From IMG/VR virus record IMGVR_UViG_3300026183_000930, positions 60,222-124,221 of that record: DNA of 64,000 nucleotides; one strand, given 5' to 3'. A program made the translations under genes and the position numbers. Position 1 is the stretch's first letter, and each line of letters opens with the position of its first letter. Positions 19,247-29,809 of this stretch are shown piece by piece. The DNA comes from a virus. Under the pieces are notes generated by a model, which was not told the origin of the DNA, did not search any database, and was given only the letters and a program-made list of their open reading frames with translations.

Positions 19247-20320
19247 TTATCTCCCAAATGTTGTATCTTCAGGTGCTGGTCTTTCACCCAAAGGAATGTT
19301 GTAATAAAATATTTTTTCGTTACGATATATTCCAATTTTTATAATATCGCCTGGATCATAATCCCATAATGCTTCTATAAGTTCAATCTGTGTTGAAATT
19401 TTAGTATCATTTACAGAAACAATAAAGTCACCTTCTAGTAACCCTATTTCTTTTGCTGGCTGGCCATCAACTAACGATGAAATATAAATTATTGTGTCAA
19501 TACCGTTGTCAAGCATTTTTTGATATAGTTCTTCATCTTCTAAGCCACCCATTGCTATACCAATCGAAGGTCTTTGATGTATGCCTCTGTCAATCAATCT
19601 TGTTACAACCCTGTCAACAAGTTTTGCAGGAATACTGTAACCATACCCAATATAAAATTTTGTAGGTGAAAATATTAGAACATTAACTCCAACTACTTCT
19701 CCGTCTTCGTTAAACAAAGGACCACCACTGTTGCCTGGATTAATCACTGCGTCGGTTTGTATATAGTTAACAAAACTGTCAGCCGGATTAGGTCTATGAG
19801 TTGCACTCACAACTCCGCTAGTCAATGACCATACCATTGATAATCCATGACCATATGCATAAACATCATTGCCAAGTTCTACAGGCTGTTTTGCAAATTC
19901 TAAAATTTCGTGAGGCTGATTTGTGTTTACTTTTAATACTGCAATATCAATACTTTTGTCATAACCAACAACTGTTACATTCTTTATTGCAAAAGGATAA
20001 TGAGGCATCCATATTTGAATATTATCCATATTACGAATAACATGATAATTAGTCACAATGTGTTTGTCATTAATCCAAAATCCTGTGCCCATGCCTGATA
20101 AATTTCTTTCTAGTTCTTCTGTTTTTGGAGGATTTTCTGGATTAAGAAATTTTTCAAACTTTTCTGTAGACCCTTGATCTGGTTCTACAAGATCTTCGCT
20201 ACTGGCATTGTATACTAATACAATTCCTTTAGATATTTTTTCCCAATCAAGATTGTTTTCATGTGCATTGACATTTATTGGTAATACTATTAAACATAAA
20301 ATTAAAAAAACTCTTATCAT
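19247..20320 (-). CDS. HtrA/DegP-like serine protease with PDZ domain
   Basis: Signal peptide, TNYHV, DIAVLK, IQTDAVINPGNSGGPL and C-terminal PDZ. Confidence 0.92.
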   Translation of the reverse strand: MIRVFLILCLIVLPINVNAHENNLDWEKISKGIVLVYNASSEDLVEPDQGSTEKFEKFLNPENPPKTEELERNLSGMGTGFWINDKHIVTNYHVIRNMDNIQIWMPHYPFAIKNVTVVGYDKSIDIAVLKVNTNQPHEILEFAKQPVELGNDVYAYGHGLSMVWSLTSGVVSATHRPNPADSFVNYIQTDAVINPGNSGGPLFNEDGEVVGVNVLIFSPTKFYIGYGYSIPAKLVDRVVTRLIDRGIHQRPSIGIAMGGLEDEELYQKMLDNGIDTIIYISSLVDGQPAKEIGLLEGDFIVSVNDTKISTQIELIEALWDYDPGDIIKIGIYRNEKIFYYNIPLGERPAPEDTTFGR

Positions 20321-20535
20321 TAAAACGACCCACCATCAAATAAAGATTCTCTGGGTTTTTGAATTTCTGCTGTTTCATTTTGCACTGAAGGAAATTTTGC
20401 CGACAGTATTTCAGATATTTCTAATGCTAACAGCACTGCTTTATCAGTGTCAAGACGTATTTCTTTTTGACGCAATGATTTTGCATTTTTTACTATCTTA
20501 TTAAAATGTTCTAAATTAGGATAACCCATGTTCAA
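20320..20535 (-). CDS. Hypothetical protein
   Basis: 71 aa in a tightly packed operon. Confidence 0.5.
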   Translation of the reverse strand: MNMGYPNLEHFNKIVKNAKSLRQKEIRLDTDKAVLLALEISEILSAKFPSVQNETAEIQKPRESLFDGGSF

Positions 20536-20539
20536 CCTT

Positions 20540-21019
20540 TTATATTTTTTGTTTCTTTTTGAAAGTACTTATATTTATGTTTGCTTCCATTTCGTTTTTG
20601 AATGGTCCAATCCAATTTAGGCATTTTTCTTCAAGTGTTTCCAACTTTGGATTGTAAGAAAAGAATGTACCACCCTCAAATTGCACTCCATAATAACCAG
20701 CACAAAACAACTCTTTTCCACTAGGCGTTTTTGTAAAAATTGGTATATTTTGTTTCCATGTTGTGTTCCATGGTTTAACTTTTGTTGGATATCCTTCAAA
20801 CTCACTGGTTTCTTTGACTAAATCAGAAGTTTTTAATTCAGCAGAAAAAATATCACTGTTAAAAAATTCATTGACTTGTGTTTTTGTAAAAGTTTGTTTG
20901 TTATTTTCTTTGATCAATAAAAAACTATCAGTATCTTTTTTTTCCACTGTTGCAACATTGACATTATCATCTTTGACTATCCAAAATTTATCTTTGATAA
21001 TTTCTTTTGCGTATAACAT
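20540..21019 (-). CDS. Phage hypothetical protein
   Basis: 159 aa, coupled to the RNase H-like gene. Confidence 0.6.
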   Translation of the reverse strand: MLYAKEIIKDKFWIVKDDNVNVATVEKKDTDSFLLIKENNKQTFTKTQVNEFFNSDIFSAELKTSDLVKETSEFEGYPTKVKPWNTTWKQNIPIFTKTPSGKELFCAGYYGVQFEGGTFFSYNPKLETLEEKCLNWIGPFKNEMEANINISTFKKKQKI

Positions 21020-21987
21020 TAATTGTATCCGTTGTTTAGATATTTTGCATGATCTGTTGGGTTTTCAGCAAGTTTAGTCAAATTATATTTGTTACAAAAT
21101 TTCATAAATCTCACACCAACTTGATCTATGTGCTTGGCATTTTGAGCATCTGCAATCTGCTTGAACACATCAACTTTAACTTCTTCTGGTTGTTGTGTTA
21201 AATCAATAAGATGTTTGTTTCTTTCATAACAGTCTTTGACTCTATATTCATTACCATTATGATCAGTCCATCTTGCTAACATAAAATTGTTCCATGCAAA
21301 CCCTTGATTGTCTTTGTCATTAAATGCTTCTTTGATTTTAGTTGCTCTCACTCCAGGATAAGCACTAAACACATTGTCAGATGAGTCACCTCTGATACAT
21401 TTTTCAAACAACATGTACTCTGGTTCAGGAGCCAATTTAGGTTGTTTTGTTTTTTTATCTATAATAGGATTATCTTTTTCATCATAATAACCACTTGAAG
21501 TGATTATTTGATTGGTCATTCCATTATAAATTGAAACTAAAGGATTAATCAATTGAAAGAAATCACTATCTGTACTTACAATAATATTTCTAGCATCTTT
21601 ATGAGCTTTGACCCATAATGCAATACAGTCATCTGCTTCTGCAATTGATGATCTCAAAGTAGAACAATTTGTTTGCTTGACTATATAATCAAGAAAGTCA
21701 TCATATGCTTCCCACCAAAATCTATCTTCTTCTTGTTCTTTAACTGATCTTTTGTCTGCAACTACTTTTCTATTTTTCTTATAAGGTTCATATACATCTT
21801 TACGCCAACTTCTGCCTTCCATACAAAAAACAACATGTCCTGCATTGAACATCTGATGAGCTTTCTTAACTGAATTAAACATTATGTGGAATGCTAGTCC
21901 AATTTTCTCATCTAAACTTGTTGCACGACCAGAAACATGTCTAGCTCGAAAAAACATATTTTGTGTATCAACTAGTATATAATTCAT
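21019..21987 (-). CDS. T4 RNase H-like 5'-3' exonuclease (FEN/PIN fold)
   Basis: ILVD, SWRK..YK.NR, EADD, STDSDF, GDSSDN motifs. Confidence 0.88.
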   Translation of the reverse strand: MNYILVDTQNMFFRARHVSGRATSLDEKIGLAFHIMFNSVKKAHQMFNAGHVVFCMEGRSWRKDVYEPYKKNRKVVADKRSVKEQEEDRFWWEAYDDFLDYIVKQTNCSTLRSSIAEADDCIALWVKAHKDARNIIVSTDSDFFQLINPLVSIYNGMTNQIITSSGYYDEKDNPIIDKKTKQPKLAPEPEYMLFEKCIRGDSSDNVFSAYPGVRATKIKEAFNDKDNQGFAWNNFMLARWTDHNGNEYRVKDCYERNKHLIDLTQQPEEVKVDVFKQIADAQNAKHIDQVGVRFMKFCNKYNLTKLAENPTDHAKYLNNGYN

Positions 21988-21995
21988 TTTGTTTT

Positions 21996-22442
21996 TTATC
22001 CTTGATTGTGTCTACGATCTGTTTGTTGCAAATAGAGTTCATTTTCAACCCATAAACCATTTTTCATAAAGCCCCATTCTTTTCTTTTCTTGCCCATGTA
22101 AAATATACTCCAGCAAGGTATTTCGTTGCCATCTTTATCTTTTGCTAATTCTAAATAATGTAAATCTTCTGCTTTTCTAAATCTTATGTGTCCCGGACCT
22201 CTCCAAAATTTGCCTTCTGGAGTGTGTTCCCAATAGCCACCTTTAATAATCATAGCACCCCAATCCCATGGATGATCATGCAGTGTGGGTTCATCACTAA
22301 CTAAAACTTTGTGTAATGTTACGTTAAATGGAAAATCTTTTCTATCTTTTAAAAAAAGATAATACCTTACCAAATAAGGTATTTCGCCATATCTGTCATA
22401 TATAATTCTTTTTCTGCTTTTAAAAAAATTAACTATACTCAA
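21996..22442 (-). CDS. Cupin-like protein
   Basis: LHDHPW...GGYWE...H motif. Confidence 0.5.
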   Translation of the reverse strand: MSIVNFFKSRKRIIYDRYGEIPYLVRYYLFLKDRKDFPFNVTLHKVLVSDEPTLHDHPWDWGAMIIKGGYWEHTPEGKFWRGPGHIRFRKAEDLHYLELAKDKDGNEIPCWSIFYMGKKRKEWGFMKNGLWVENELYLQQTDRRHNQG

Positions 22443-22941
22443 CTTTCCCGTCCCCTATTTCAGTTTTGTTTTCTTTGATGTTGTCTTTTAATTCTTGTAC
22501 GACATCAGAATCCATTTCTTCCATCATTACATTTCTACAAAGATCATTAAACCACTTGTTTACAACATCCTCGTCTTTTTCACCTGTGTATCCTGCTGTT
22601 ACTAAATCATCAACAAACTTTTGATTCCAATCAAGTTCAAACCAACCATTTTTTGGCTTTGCTGGATTAAAGTTTGTTTTTAACACACCAACATATGGTT
22701 CATTTTTGATTGTTGAAACTTGCTTGTCATGTTCAACATCAGATAATTTGCCATACTTTTTATCAACACCCAATAATGCTATTTGTTTTTCTTCATCATT
22801 AGTTATTTCAAGATCAATCAACTTCTTTTCAAGTTCTTCACCTGCTAGATTGTATTTGGCTTTTGAAATCTCTCTTTGTTTTTTATCTTTTTGCCAATAT
22901 TCTTTTGTAAAAATAAAAGGCATTTTTATTTTATTTTTCAT
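22429..22941 (-). CDS. Phage hypothetical protein
   Basis: 170 aa with a good RBS. Confidence 0.6.
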   Translation of the reverse strand: MKNKIKMPFIFTKEYWQKDKKQREISKAKYNLAGEELEKKLIDLEITNDEEKQIALLGVDKKYGKLSDVEHDKQVSTIKNEPYVGVLKTNFNPAKPKNGWFELDWNQKFVDDLVTAGYTGEKDEDVVNKWFNDLCRNVMMEEMDSDVVQELKDNIKENKTEIGDGKVEYS

Positions 22942-22977
22942 ATGAGTCCTTTCTTTCGCATATTATCTATCCAATCT

Positions 22978-23850
22978 TTACGTTCCCCAGGCGTTTCCGA
23001 AGATATCGACGTGTAATCTAGGTGTGTATCTCCAGCCTCGTTCCATTGCGAGTTCGGCCACTCGTTTAGTGTTGAGTTTGTACTCTTCTGATCGTCCGCC
23101 GAGTGGCATGATGTAAACCGGAACTTCAATACCTTGTTTTGTATACTCTTGTACAGCTCTGGTAACTTCATCCACGTCATCATTATCAGAAACCACAAAC
23201 TTGAAATACATATCACTGTTAGCCACACTGTAATAACTATGAGCAACATTAGGCTTAATAGCATCACTCCAAGACTCGCCTGATACGGAAAGTTTCGGAG
23301 AGCAACTAAAAGTAAATTGTATCCTTGTTTGATTTTCAAGATAATCTCTGAAATCATTGTGTAAAGTCTGTGTTGTATTTGTTTCAAATGTGACATTTTT
23401 CAAATCTCTCATTCTAGGATGTTCAAATAATTCAATGTAAAGTCTTTGCCATCCCAACAAAGGCTCTCCACCTGTCATAATAAGATGAACGTCTTGACCA
23501 TTTGACATTGTCCATTTGCCTTCTGGTGTTAAACTTAACAAATGATCTACAACTTCATCTACTGTTTTATCCATCATGTATTTTTTAAATTCAGGATAGA
23601 TACTAGCATACGTATCACAACCAGTATGCACAATTGGTAAATCTTCAAATTTTTCTACTTTGTCTAATATACCATTGTCTAACAGTTCTTTAACTTCTGT
23701 GTTGTATTTTCCTTTGACTGTGTTTTTTGCTATACCAAAGTTCATACAACGAAAATTACAACCAAAGGTACGTAAAAACACACTTGGTACTCCTACAAAT
23801 TTACCTTCACCTTGCACACTGTAAAATGCTTCACTATATCTTAATTTCAT
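22978..23850 (-). CDS. queE: 7-carboxy-7-deazaguanine synthase (radical SAM)
   Basis: EAFYSVQGEG, FLRTFGCNFRC...GCDT, TGGEP, ETN, SPKL, RLH. Confidence 0.88.
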   Translation of the reverse strand: MKLRYSEAFYSVQGEGKFVGVPSVFLRTFGCNFRCMNFGIAKNTVKGKYNTEVKELLDNGILDKVEKFEDLPIVHTGCDTYASIYPEFKKYMMDKTVDEVVDHLLSLTPEGKWTMSNGQDVHLIMTGGEPLLGWQRLYIELFEHPRMRDLKNVTFETNTTQTLHNDFRDYLENQTRIQFTFSCSPKLSVSGESWSDAIKPNVAHSYYSVANSDMYFKFVVSDNDDVDEVTRAVQEYTKQGIEVPVYIMPLGGRSEEYKLNTKRVAELAMERGWRYTPRLHVDIFGNAWGT

Positions 23851-23870
23851 TTTTCACCTATTTCTTATAT

Positions 23871-23898
23871 ATTATACATTATTTAGAAAAAATGTCAA
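23871..23898 (-). promoter_or_regulatory. Sigma70-type promoter
   Basis: TTGACA-N16-TATAAT upstream of queE. Confidence 0.6.
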
Positions 23899-23905
23899 CT
23901 AAAGA

Positions 23906-24427
23906 TTACTGTTTTAGATTCTCTAAAATAGAGTTAATAATTGGGCTTTCTACTGCGTCTCGTTTCCACCAATCTTCCCATGGATAAACCAACCAAACAT
24001 CTTTTTTGTCCTTGTCAATCGAAGTACCATACCAATCCACTGCAAAATTACTTGGTTTGTTGTAATGTAAACAACAAAACCTAGCATCTAAACCTTTGTA
24101 GTTCTGTAAAATATCCTGTTTTAGTTTTTTAAAAGTGTCTCCTGTATCGCAGATGTCATCAACTATACATATTTTTTCAACTTTTGAAAAGTTTTCAGAC
24201 TGTGTGTTCCAACTTGGATGATCTCTTAATGCCGCTTCAATAGGAACAAAGGGTTTTCCTAAAAAATGGCTTAACATAATTCCTGGAACTAAACCACCTC
24301 TGCTTAATCCAACTATTATATCAGGAACAAAATCATCTTTGTTCATTTTTTCTATTATTAAAGTCAGATAAGATGCAACTGTGGCATGATTAATATATTT
24401 TTTACTCAAAGTCACTGTATACCTCAT
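23906..24427 (-). CDS. Purine (xanthine/guanine-type) phosphoribosyltransferase
   Basis: GLSRGGLVP, PRPP motif IVDDICDTGDT, WLVYPWE. Confidence 0.85.
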   Translation of the reverse strand: MRYTVTLSKKYINHATVASYLTLIIEKMNKDDFVPDIIVGLSRGGLVPGIMLSHFLGKPFVPIEAALRDHPSWNTQSENFSKVEKICIVDDICDTGDTFKKLKQDILQNYKGLDARFCCLHYNKPSNFAVDWYGTSIDKDKKDVWLVYPWEDWWKRDAVESPIINSILENLKQ

Positions 24428-25517
24428 TTACTTGTTTATTAACTTGAACAAACGTTGCACATTTAGGCATGTCCTTTAATCGCCTTGCACCAATATAGGT
24501 ACAACTGCTACGCACACCTCCTAAAATATCTTGCACTGTTGATTCAATTTTACCTTTGTAAGGAATTAGCACTTCTCTTCCTTCTGAAGATCTGTACTCT
24601 TTCATTCCTCCAAAATGTTTGTTGTTGGCCGCTTTTGAACTCATACCATAGAATTGAACAAACTGCTTTTCTTGATAATGAGGTAAGTAGTTGCCATTTT
24701 CTAAACGTGTTGCTTCACCATTAGCAAAATGTTTAGTAATTACTTTTCCGCCGCCTTCATCATGGCCAGCAAACATGCCTCCTAGCATGACAAAATCTGA
24801 ACCAGATGCAAATGCTTTTGATACATCTCCAGGAACAACACAACCACCATCTGCAATGACCATGCCTCCAACACCGTGTGCCGCATCGGCACACTCAATC
24901 ATTCCTGACAGTTGAGGAACTCCAATACCAGTTTTTAATCTAGTAGTACAAACTGATCCTGGTCCTATACCGCATTTTACAATATCAGCACCTTTTAATA
25001 TCAGTTCTTCTGTTGCTCCTCCTGTAATAACATTACCAGCAATGATAGTTTTGTCAGGATACATATCTCTAACTTGACTAACAAAGTCAATAAACCTTTG
25101 ATGATATCCGTTAGCAACATCAATTGTAATAAAATTAATATCTGGCCAACGTCTTAAAATTTCTTGCATGTTAGCAAAATCTTGTGCCTCATCATCTTTA
25201 ATTTTACTTGTTCCAGTACATACACTTACATATTTTAATTTTAATCCATTGCCAACAGCACTTGCCCAATCATCAACTGAATAATGTTTGTTCATAACTG
25301 TTAAAATTCTGTGTTTCTGTAAAACTTTGGCTACTTCAAATGTGCCAACGCCGTCCATGTTGGCGGCCATAATAGGTATGCACTTGAGTGATTTTTTACT
25401 GTGAAGAAAAGTAAACTCTCTTTCCATAACAACATCACTTCTTGATGTTAATACTGATCTTTTGGGTTCTAATAAAACGTCTCTGTAGTCTAATTTAATA
25501 TCTGGTTTAATTCTCAT
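24402..25517 (-). CDS. guaC: GMP reductase
   Basis: [42 protein letters not shown]. Confidence 0.93.
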   Translation of the reverse strand: MRIKPDIKLDYRDVLLEPKRSVLTSRSDVVMEREFTFLHSKKSLKCIPIMAANMDGVGTFEVAKVLQKHRILTVMNKHYSVDDWASAVGNGLKLKYVSVCTGTSKIKDDEAQDFANMQEILRRWPDINFITIDVANGYHQRFIDFVSQVRDMYPDKTIIAGNVITGGATEELILKGADIVKCGIGPGSVCTTRLKTGIGVPQLSGMIECADAAHGVGGMVIADGGCVVPGDVSKAFASGSDFVMLGGMFAGHDEGGGKVITKHFANGEATRLENGNYLPHYQEKQFVQFYGMSSKAANNKHFGGMKEYRSSEGREVLIPYKGKIESTVQDILGGVRSSCTYIGARRLKDMPKCATFVQVNKQVNEVYSDFE

Positions 25518-25538
25518 TTTTATAACCTTATAAGAAAC

Positions 25539-25562
25539 TTGTAGGGGGAATTCCCCCTACAA
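25539..25562. terminator. Perfect 24 bp palindrome; terminator or attenuator candidate
   Basis: TTGTAGGGGGAATTCCCCCTACAA between the permease and guaC; followed by GTTTCTT on the minus strand. Confidence 0.55.
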
Positions 25563-25577
25563 TAAAACATAGTCTTA

Positions 25578-26870
25578 TTATACTGCAATGAAGTAAATTA
25601 AACTTACTAGTGCAATAGCAAGACTGCCTCCGTTTAATTCCGCATGTTTACCACTTGCGGCTTTGATAACCACATAGGCTATGAAACCTAATGCAATACC
25701 ATAAGCAATACTAAATGTCAAAGGCATAATTACAGCCGCCAACACAGCCGGAGCATATTCGCTTACGTCATCCCAATCAATATCTTTGAGATTTCTCAAA
25801 AAGTATGTTGCAATGAATATCAATGCAGGTGCAGTTGCAAATGCTGGAATACTCTGTGCCAAAGGAGCAAAGAATAAACACAATGCAAATAATATTGCAA
25901 CTGTGACAGACGTTAATCCTGTTTTTCCACCTTCTTTGATACCAGCACCTGATTCAATATAAGATGTTGTGTTTGAAGTTCCTGCTAATGCACCCACTGA
26001 TGTAGCAACAGAATCTGATAATAAAGCTCTATCAATTCCTTCAACTTCACCGTTTTTGTTTACTTTACCTGTAAGGTTAGCCACAGAAGTCAAAGTACCT
26101 GCTGTGTCCATAAAGTCAACAAATAAGAATGCAAATGCAGTTCCAATAAATCCTGCTGTTGCAATCAAACTAAAGTCTAAACTAAATGCATGAGCTGGAC
26201 TTGGTATTGCACCTGCCACACCATTTAGATCAGATATTCCAAATACCCAAGCAATGATACTCACTGCCAAGATACCAATTATGATTGCACCTGGTACTTT
26301 TCTTTTGTCAAGAATTGCCATCACAGCAAAACCTAAACCTGCAAGTAACACTGGCCACGATGAAATATCACCTAAGCCAACTAATGTTGCTGGATTGTCT
26401 ACCACAATACCTGCATTTTTAAAACCAATGATAGCAAGGAATAAACCTATACCTGCACCAACACCTAATTTCATTGAACGCGGTATTGAATTGATAATAT
26501 ATTTTCTTGCTGGTGTTACACTCAAACCAATAAACACCAAACCTGCAATGAATACTGCCGCTAGTGCCTGTTGAAAAGTATATCCCATACCAAAGATTAC
26601 ACCAAATGTAAAGAACGCATTAAGTCCCATACCTGGTGCTAGAGCCACAGGCCAATTTGCCCATAATCCCATAATTAATGTACCTACCACTGCGGCAATA
26701 ATTGTTGCTGTAAACACAGCACCAAAAGCCATTCCTGTACCTTCTGTTGAAAGTATTGCAGGATTGACCACAGTAATATAGGCCATTGTTAAAAATGTAG
26801 CCAAACCTGCCATTACTTCAGTTTTGACTGTTGTACCGGCTTTAGACAAGCCGAATAGTTTTTCTAACAT
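25578..26870 (-). CDS. NCS2/AzgA-family purine permease
   Basis: TFLTMAYI.VNP, APGMGLNAFF, DTAGT, YIESGAG...GGKTG; highly hydrophobic. Confidence 0.92.
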   Translation of the reverse strand: MLEKLFGLSKAGTTVKTEVMAGLATFLTMAYITVVNPAILSTEGTGMAFGAVFTATIIAAVVGTLIMGLWANWPVALAPGMGLNAFFTFGVIFGMGYTFQQALAAVFIAGLVFIGLSVTPARKYIINSIPRSMKLGVGAGIGLFLAIIGFKNAGIVVDNPATLVGLGDISSWPVLLAGLGFAVMAILDKRKVPGAIIIGILAVSIIAWVFGISDLNGVAGAIPSPAHAFSLDFSLIATAGFIGTAFAFLFVDFMDTAGTLTSVANLTGKVNKNGEVEGIDRALLSDSVATSVGALAGTSNTTSYIESGAGIKEGGKTGLTSVTVAILFALCLFFAPLAQSIPAFATAPALIFIATYFLRNLKDIDWDDVSEYAPAVLAAVIMPLTFSIAYGIALGFIAYVVIKAASGKHAELNGGSLAIALVSLIYFIAV

Positions 26871-26889
26871 AGTTTTCCTCCTATTAGAT

Positions 26890-27570
26890 TTAGTTGCTGT
26901 GCCCTTTCATAGACAAGCAAATTTTATAAAATTCATCTCGTGTTGCTGGATCATCTTTAAATGCTCCTAACATGATTGCAGTTGTCATATCTGACTCATG
27001 CTCTCTTACACCCCTATGTGTCATACAGTGATGTTCTGCTTTCACTACCACAGCAACGTTTTTAGTATGAGCATACTCTTGCAATTCTTCTGCAATTTGT
27101 GTAGTCATCTCTTCCTGTATCTGTGGTCGTTCCGCAATGTGATGAATAATTCTGTTGAATTTACTTAAACCAATAACTTCACCATTTGGAATAATACCCA
27201 CCCATGCTTTACCTACAATGTTTTGAAAATGATGAGCACAGGTTGATTTGATTGATATTGGTCCTGATGTGTACATACTTTTGTAACCCATGTTGGGAAA
27301 ACTTGTGACCTTTGGCATTGGTCTGTATCTTCCACCAAACACTTCTTTGACCCACATTTTTGCCACACGTCTTGCTGTGTCTTTTGTGTTGTGATCGTTG
27401 TCAGTGTCAATTACTAGTGTTTGTAACACATCATAAAACTTATTTTCTACTTCTTGTTGAAGAAGATCAATTTCACCTTCTTTGATATACTCGCTGATAT
27501 TGTCATTGCAATGATATCTGGCCTTTGCTTCTTCAAGTCTTTGTTTGATTTGTTTGCTTATTTCTGTCAT
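26890..27570 (-). CDS. folE: GTP cyclohydrolase I
   Basis: STCAHH, IGLSK..R, QIQE, AEHHCMTHRG. Confidence 0.93.
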   Translation of the reverse strand: MTEISKQIKQRLEEAKARYHCNDNISEYIKEGEIDLLQQEVENKFYDVLQTLVIDTDNDHNTKDTARRVAKMWVKEVFGGRYRPMPKVTSFPNMGYKSMYTSGPISIKSTCAHHFQNIVGKAWVGIIPNGEVIGLSKFNRIIHHIAERPQIQEEMTTQIAEELQEYAHTKNVAVVVKAEHHCMTHRGVREHESDMTTAIMLGAFKDDPATRDEFYKICLSMKGHSN

Positions 27571-27600
27571 TTGTTTCTCCGAGTTATAGTCGTGGATGAC

Positions 27601-28641
27601 TTAAGAAGGAATTTTTGTGAGGTCAATCTTCTTATATGCATCGCTATTCAACCAGTTTACTGTATCTTGACATATTTTGTCAATCTCTGAATTTATTGGA
27701 TTCCAATTTAACATTTTTGTTGTTTTTGAAATATCTGCTGAAACATGAGTAGGGTCACCTTCTCTTTTTGGAAACTCTTTCACAGGAATTGTTTTACCTA
27801 ATGCTTTTTCCATCGATGAAACTACTTGTTTAACACTGAAACCTTTGCCGGCACCTACATTAAACACTTCAGCAATAGGTTGTTGTTGATTTTCTAAAAA
27901 GTCATTTGCTAATTTAAATGCTTTTGCAACATCCCATACATGTGTGTAATCTCTAATTGCTGTGCCGTCTGGTGTGTCATAGTCAGTGCCAAATATTGTG
28001 AAGTGTTCTTTTCTACCTGCGGCCACTTCAACCACATTTGGAATCAAATGTGTTGGTTTGATTCTAACTTCACCTATTTCACAATCAGGTGATGCACCAC
28101 AAACATTAAACAATCTCAGTGCAACTGATTTTAAATCATATGCTCTAGCATAATCTTTCAAAACTTCTTCAACCATTAACTTTGATTTACCATAACTTGT
28201 TAAAGGTCTTTTTGATACATCTTCTGTTATTGGTGGTGTATGACCATCTCCATATACAGATGATGTTGAAGCAAAAACAAACTTTTTTACTCCGTGCTTG
28301 ACACACATATCTAACAGTTGAATTGTACCGTAGACATTGTTACGATAATATTTGCTTGGTTCAGTTACCGAAGGACCTACTAAACTGTTTGCCGCTAAAT
28401 GAAAAACACAATCAAAATTGTTTTTTTGAAAAAGTTCATCAAGCATTGGTAAGTCTGCTTCTTTGTTATAATCAAGACTGTGTCCTTGTGCAAATCTATT
28501 TGCAAAAGGTCTTGTTCCTAAGTTTCTATCAATAGATAGAACTTGATATCCACTTTCTAAAAGATATTTGCTAACATGAGAACCCACATAACCAGTTCCA
28601 CCTGTTACCAAAACTTTTTTAATACTTTGAGTTTGCGACAT
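27601..28641 (-). CDS. galE: UDP-glucose 4-epimerase
   Basis: GGTGYVGSH, YGKSK, DYDTPDGTAIRDYTHV. Confidence 0.9.
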   Translation of the reverse strand: MSQTQSIKKVLVTGGTGYVGSHVSKYLLESGYQVLSIDRNLGTRPFANRFAQGHSLDYNKEADLPMLDELFQKNNFDCVFHLAANSLVGPSVTEPSKYYRNNVYGTIQLLDMCVKHGVKKFVFASTSSVYGDGHTPPITEDVSKRPLTSYGKSKLMVEEVLKDYARAYDLKSVALRLFNVCGASPDCEIGEVRIKPTHLIPNVVEVAAGRKEHFTIFGTDYDTPDGTAIRDYTHVWDVAKAFKLANDFLENQQQPIAEVFNVGAGKGFSVKQVVSSMEKALGKTIPVKEFPKREGDPTHVSADISKTTKMLNWNPINSEIDKICQDTVNWLNSDAYKKIDLTKIPS

Positions 28642-29797
28642 AATCTCTATACCTATTTCCGCTTCTTAGCCATTGTTCGCCATGGCCTTGCATGATATCG
28701 ATCATACGGTCGATAGTTCCGTTGTTCCAATCTGAAATTCTTCCTTGATTACCATGTGGTTTTTGCAAAGACATTTTTATTTTGTCAATTGCATCTCTTT
28801 TGCTCCATGGCACATATAATCTTGTGTGATCATTTGCAAATGTTTCAGGGAAACTTCTGTATGCTGGATAAACAACATTACATCCTAATGCATCTGCTTC
28901 ACTTACTGTGTTTGACACCCAATCCTGTAAAGCACAATTGAATAGAACTTTACTTTTGTTTACTAGATCATAATAATCATTCTTTTTGAGATTTTCATAA
29001 ACTTTAAATCTACCATTGGTGCTGATTTCTAAATCTTTTGCTCTTTCAACATATTTGACATTGTTGCTTCTCAAAGGACCTCCAGACAGTATTGCAAACT
29101 CAACATCTGGTCTTTGTTGTAATACTTCTTGTACTATGTCCATAAAAAAGTCTGGTTGTTTTTCTTGATCAAATCTTGCCGCAAACACAACACGATTATC
29201 ACGTTCTTCCCAACTATTGATTTTTGCAACTCTGCTTACTACTTCTTCTTTGCCAAAGCTCAAACCTGATATGTTGTAAATGGGTGCTGACCAATTGGCA
29301 ATTCTCATGTGTGCAACCATTTCTTCATTGGTAGCAAGTATATTCACATTTGGAATTTCATTGCACATCTGTTCATACAAACTCATCCATTTAGCCATGC
29401 CCCAAACATGAACAAAGTCATCTGGGTCTACTGCCTGTGCTAGACATCTCAAATAAATTTTTGGTCTGTGTTGTTCTGGTACTTGACAAAGAATATATGG
29501 TAATGATTCCATACCTGGTTGAAACATGTCTTCGAAAAACACAGCATCTTCAGATGTTACATCACCGTTACGCATCATCTGTACTAGATTCATAATCTGA
29601 CTCATGCCAAAATAACTTCTGCCATGTGCATCTAACACTTGTCCTACGGAAATTGATTTGGTATTATCAATTGTTTCTCCAGGCACAATAACATAATCAA
29701 TGTTTCTTCTTTTAAAAGCTCTTTCTGACCAGTCTTGTAACTGAAGTGTGTATCTTCCCTCATATGGTTCTAATCCCATGTAAAACAGTTTTCTCAT
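28619..29797 (-). CDS. GT-B glycosyltransferase
   Basis: VFAARFDQEKQP, EADALGC.VVYP..SFPE: GT4-like C-terminal domain. Confidence 0.75.
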   Translation of the reverse strand: MRKLFYMGLEPYEGRYTLQLQDWSERAFKRRNIDYVIVPGETIDNTKSISVGQVLDAHGRSYFGMSQIMNLVQMMRNGDVTSEDAVFFEDMFQPGMESLPYILCQVPEQHRPKIYLRCLAQAVDPDDFVHVWGMAKWMSLYEQMCNEIPNVNILATNEEMVAHMRIANWSAPIYNISGLSFGKEEVVSRVAKINSWEERDNRVVFAARFDQEKQPDFFMDIVQEVLQQRPDVEFAILSGGPLRSNNVKYVERAKDLEISTNGRFKVYENLKKNDYYDLVNKSKVLFNCALQDWVSNTVSEADALGCNVVYPAYRSFPETFANDHTRLYVPWSKRDAIDKIKMSLQKPHGNQGRISDWNNGTIDRMIDIMQGHGEQWLRSGNRYRDYVANSKY

Positions 29798-29809
29798 AAT
29801 TTTATACTA

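Noticed and set aside
22938-23396. 152 aa alternative-frame ORF with a hydrophobic stretch overlapping queE
   Set aside because: Almost entirely nested in the conserved queE C-terminal half with no evident RBS; most likely a frame shadow.
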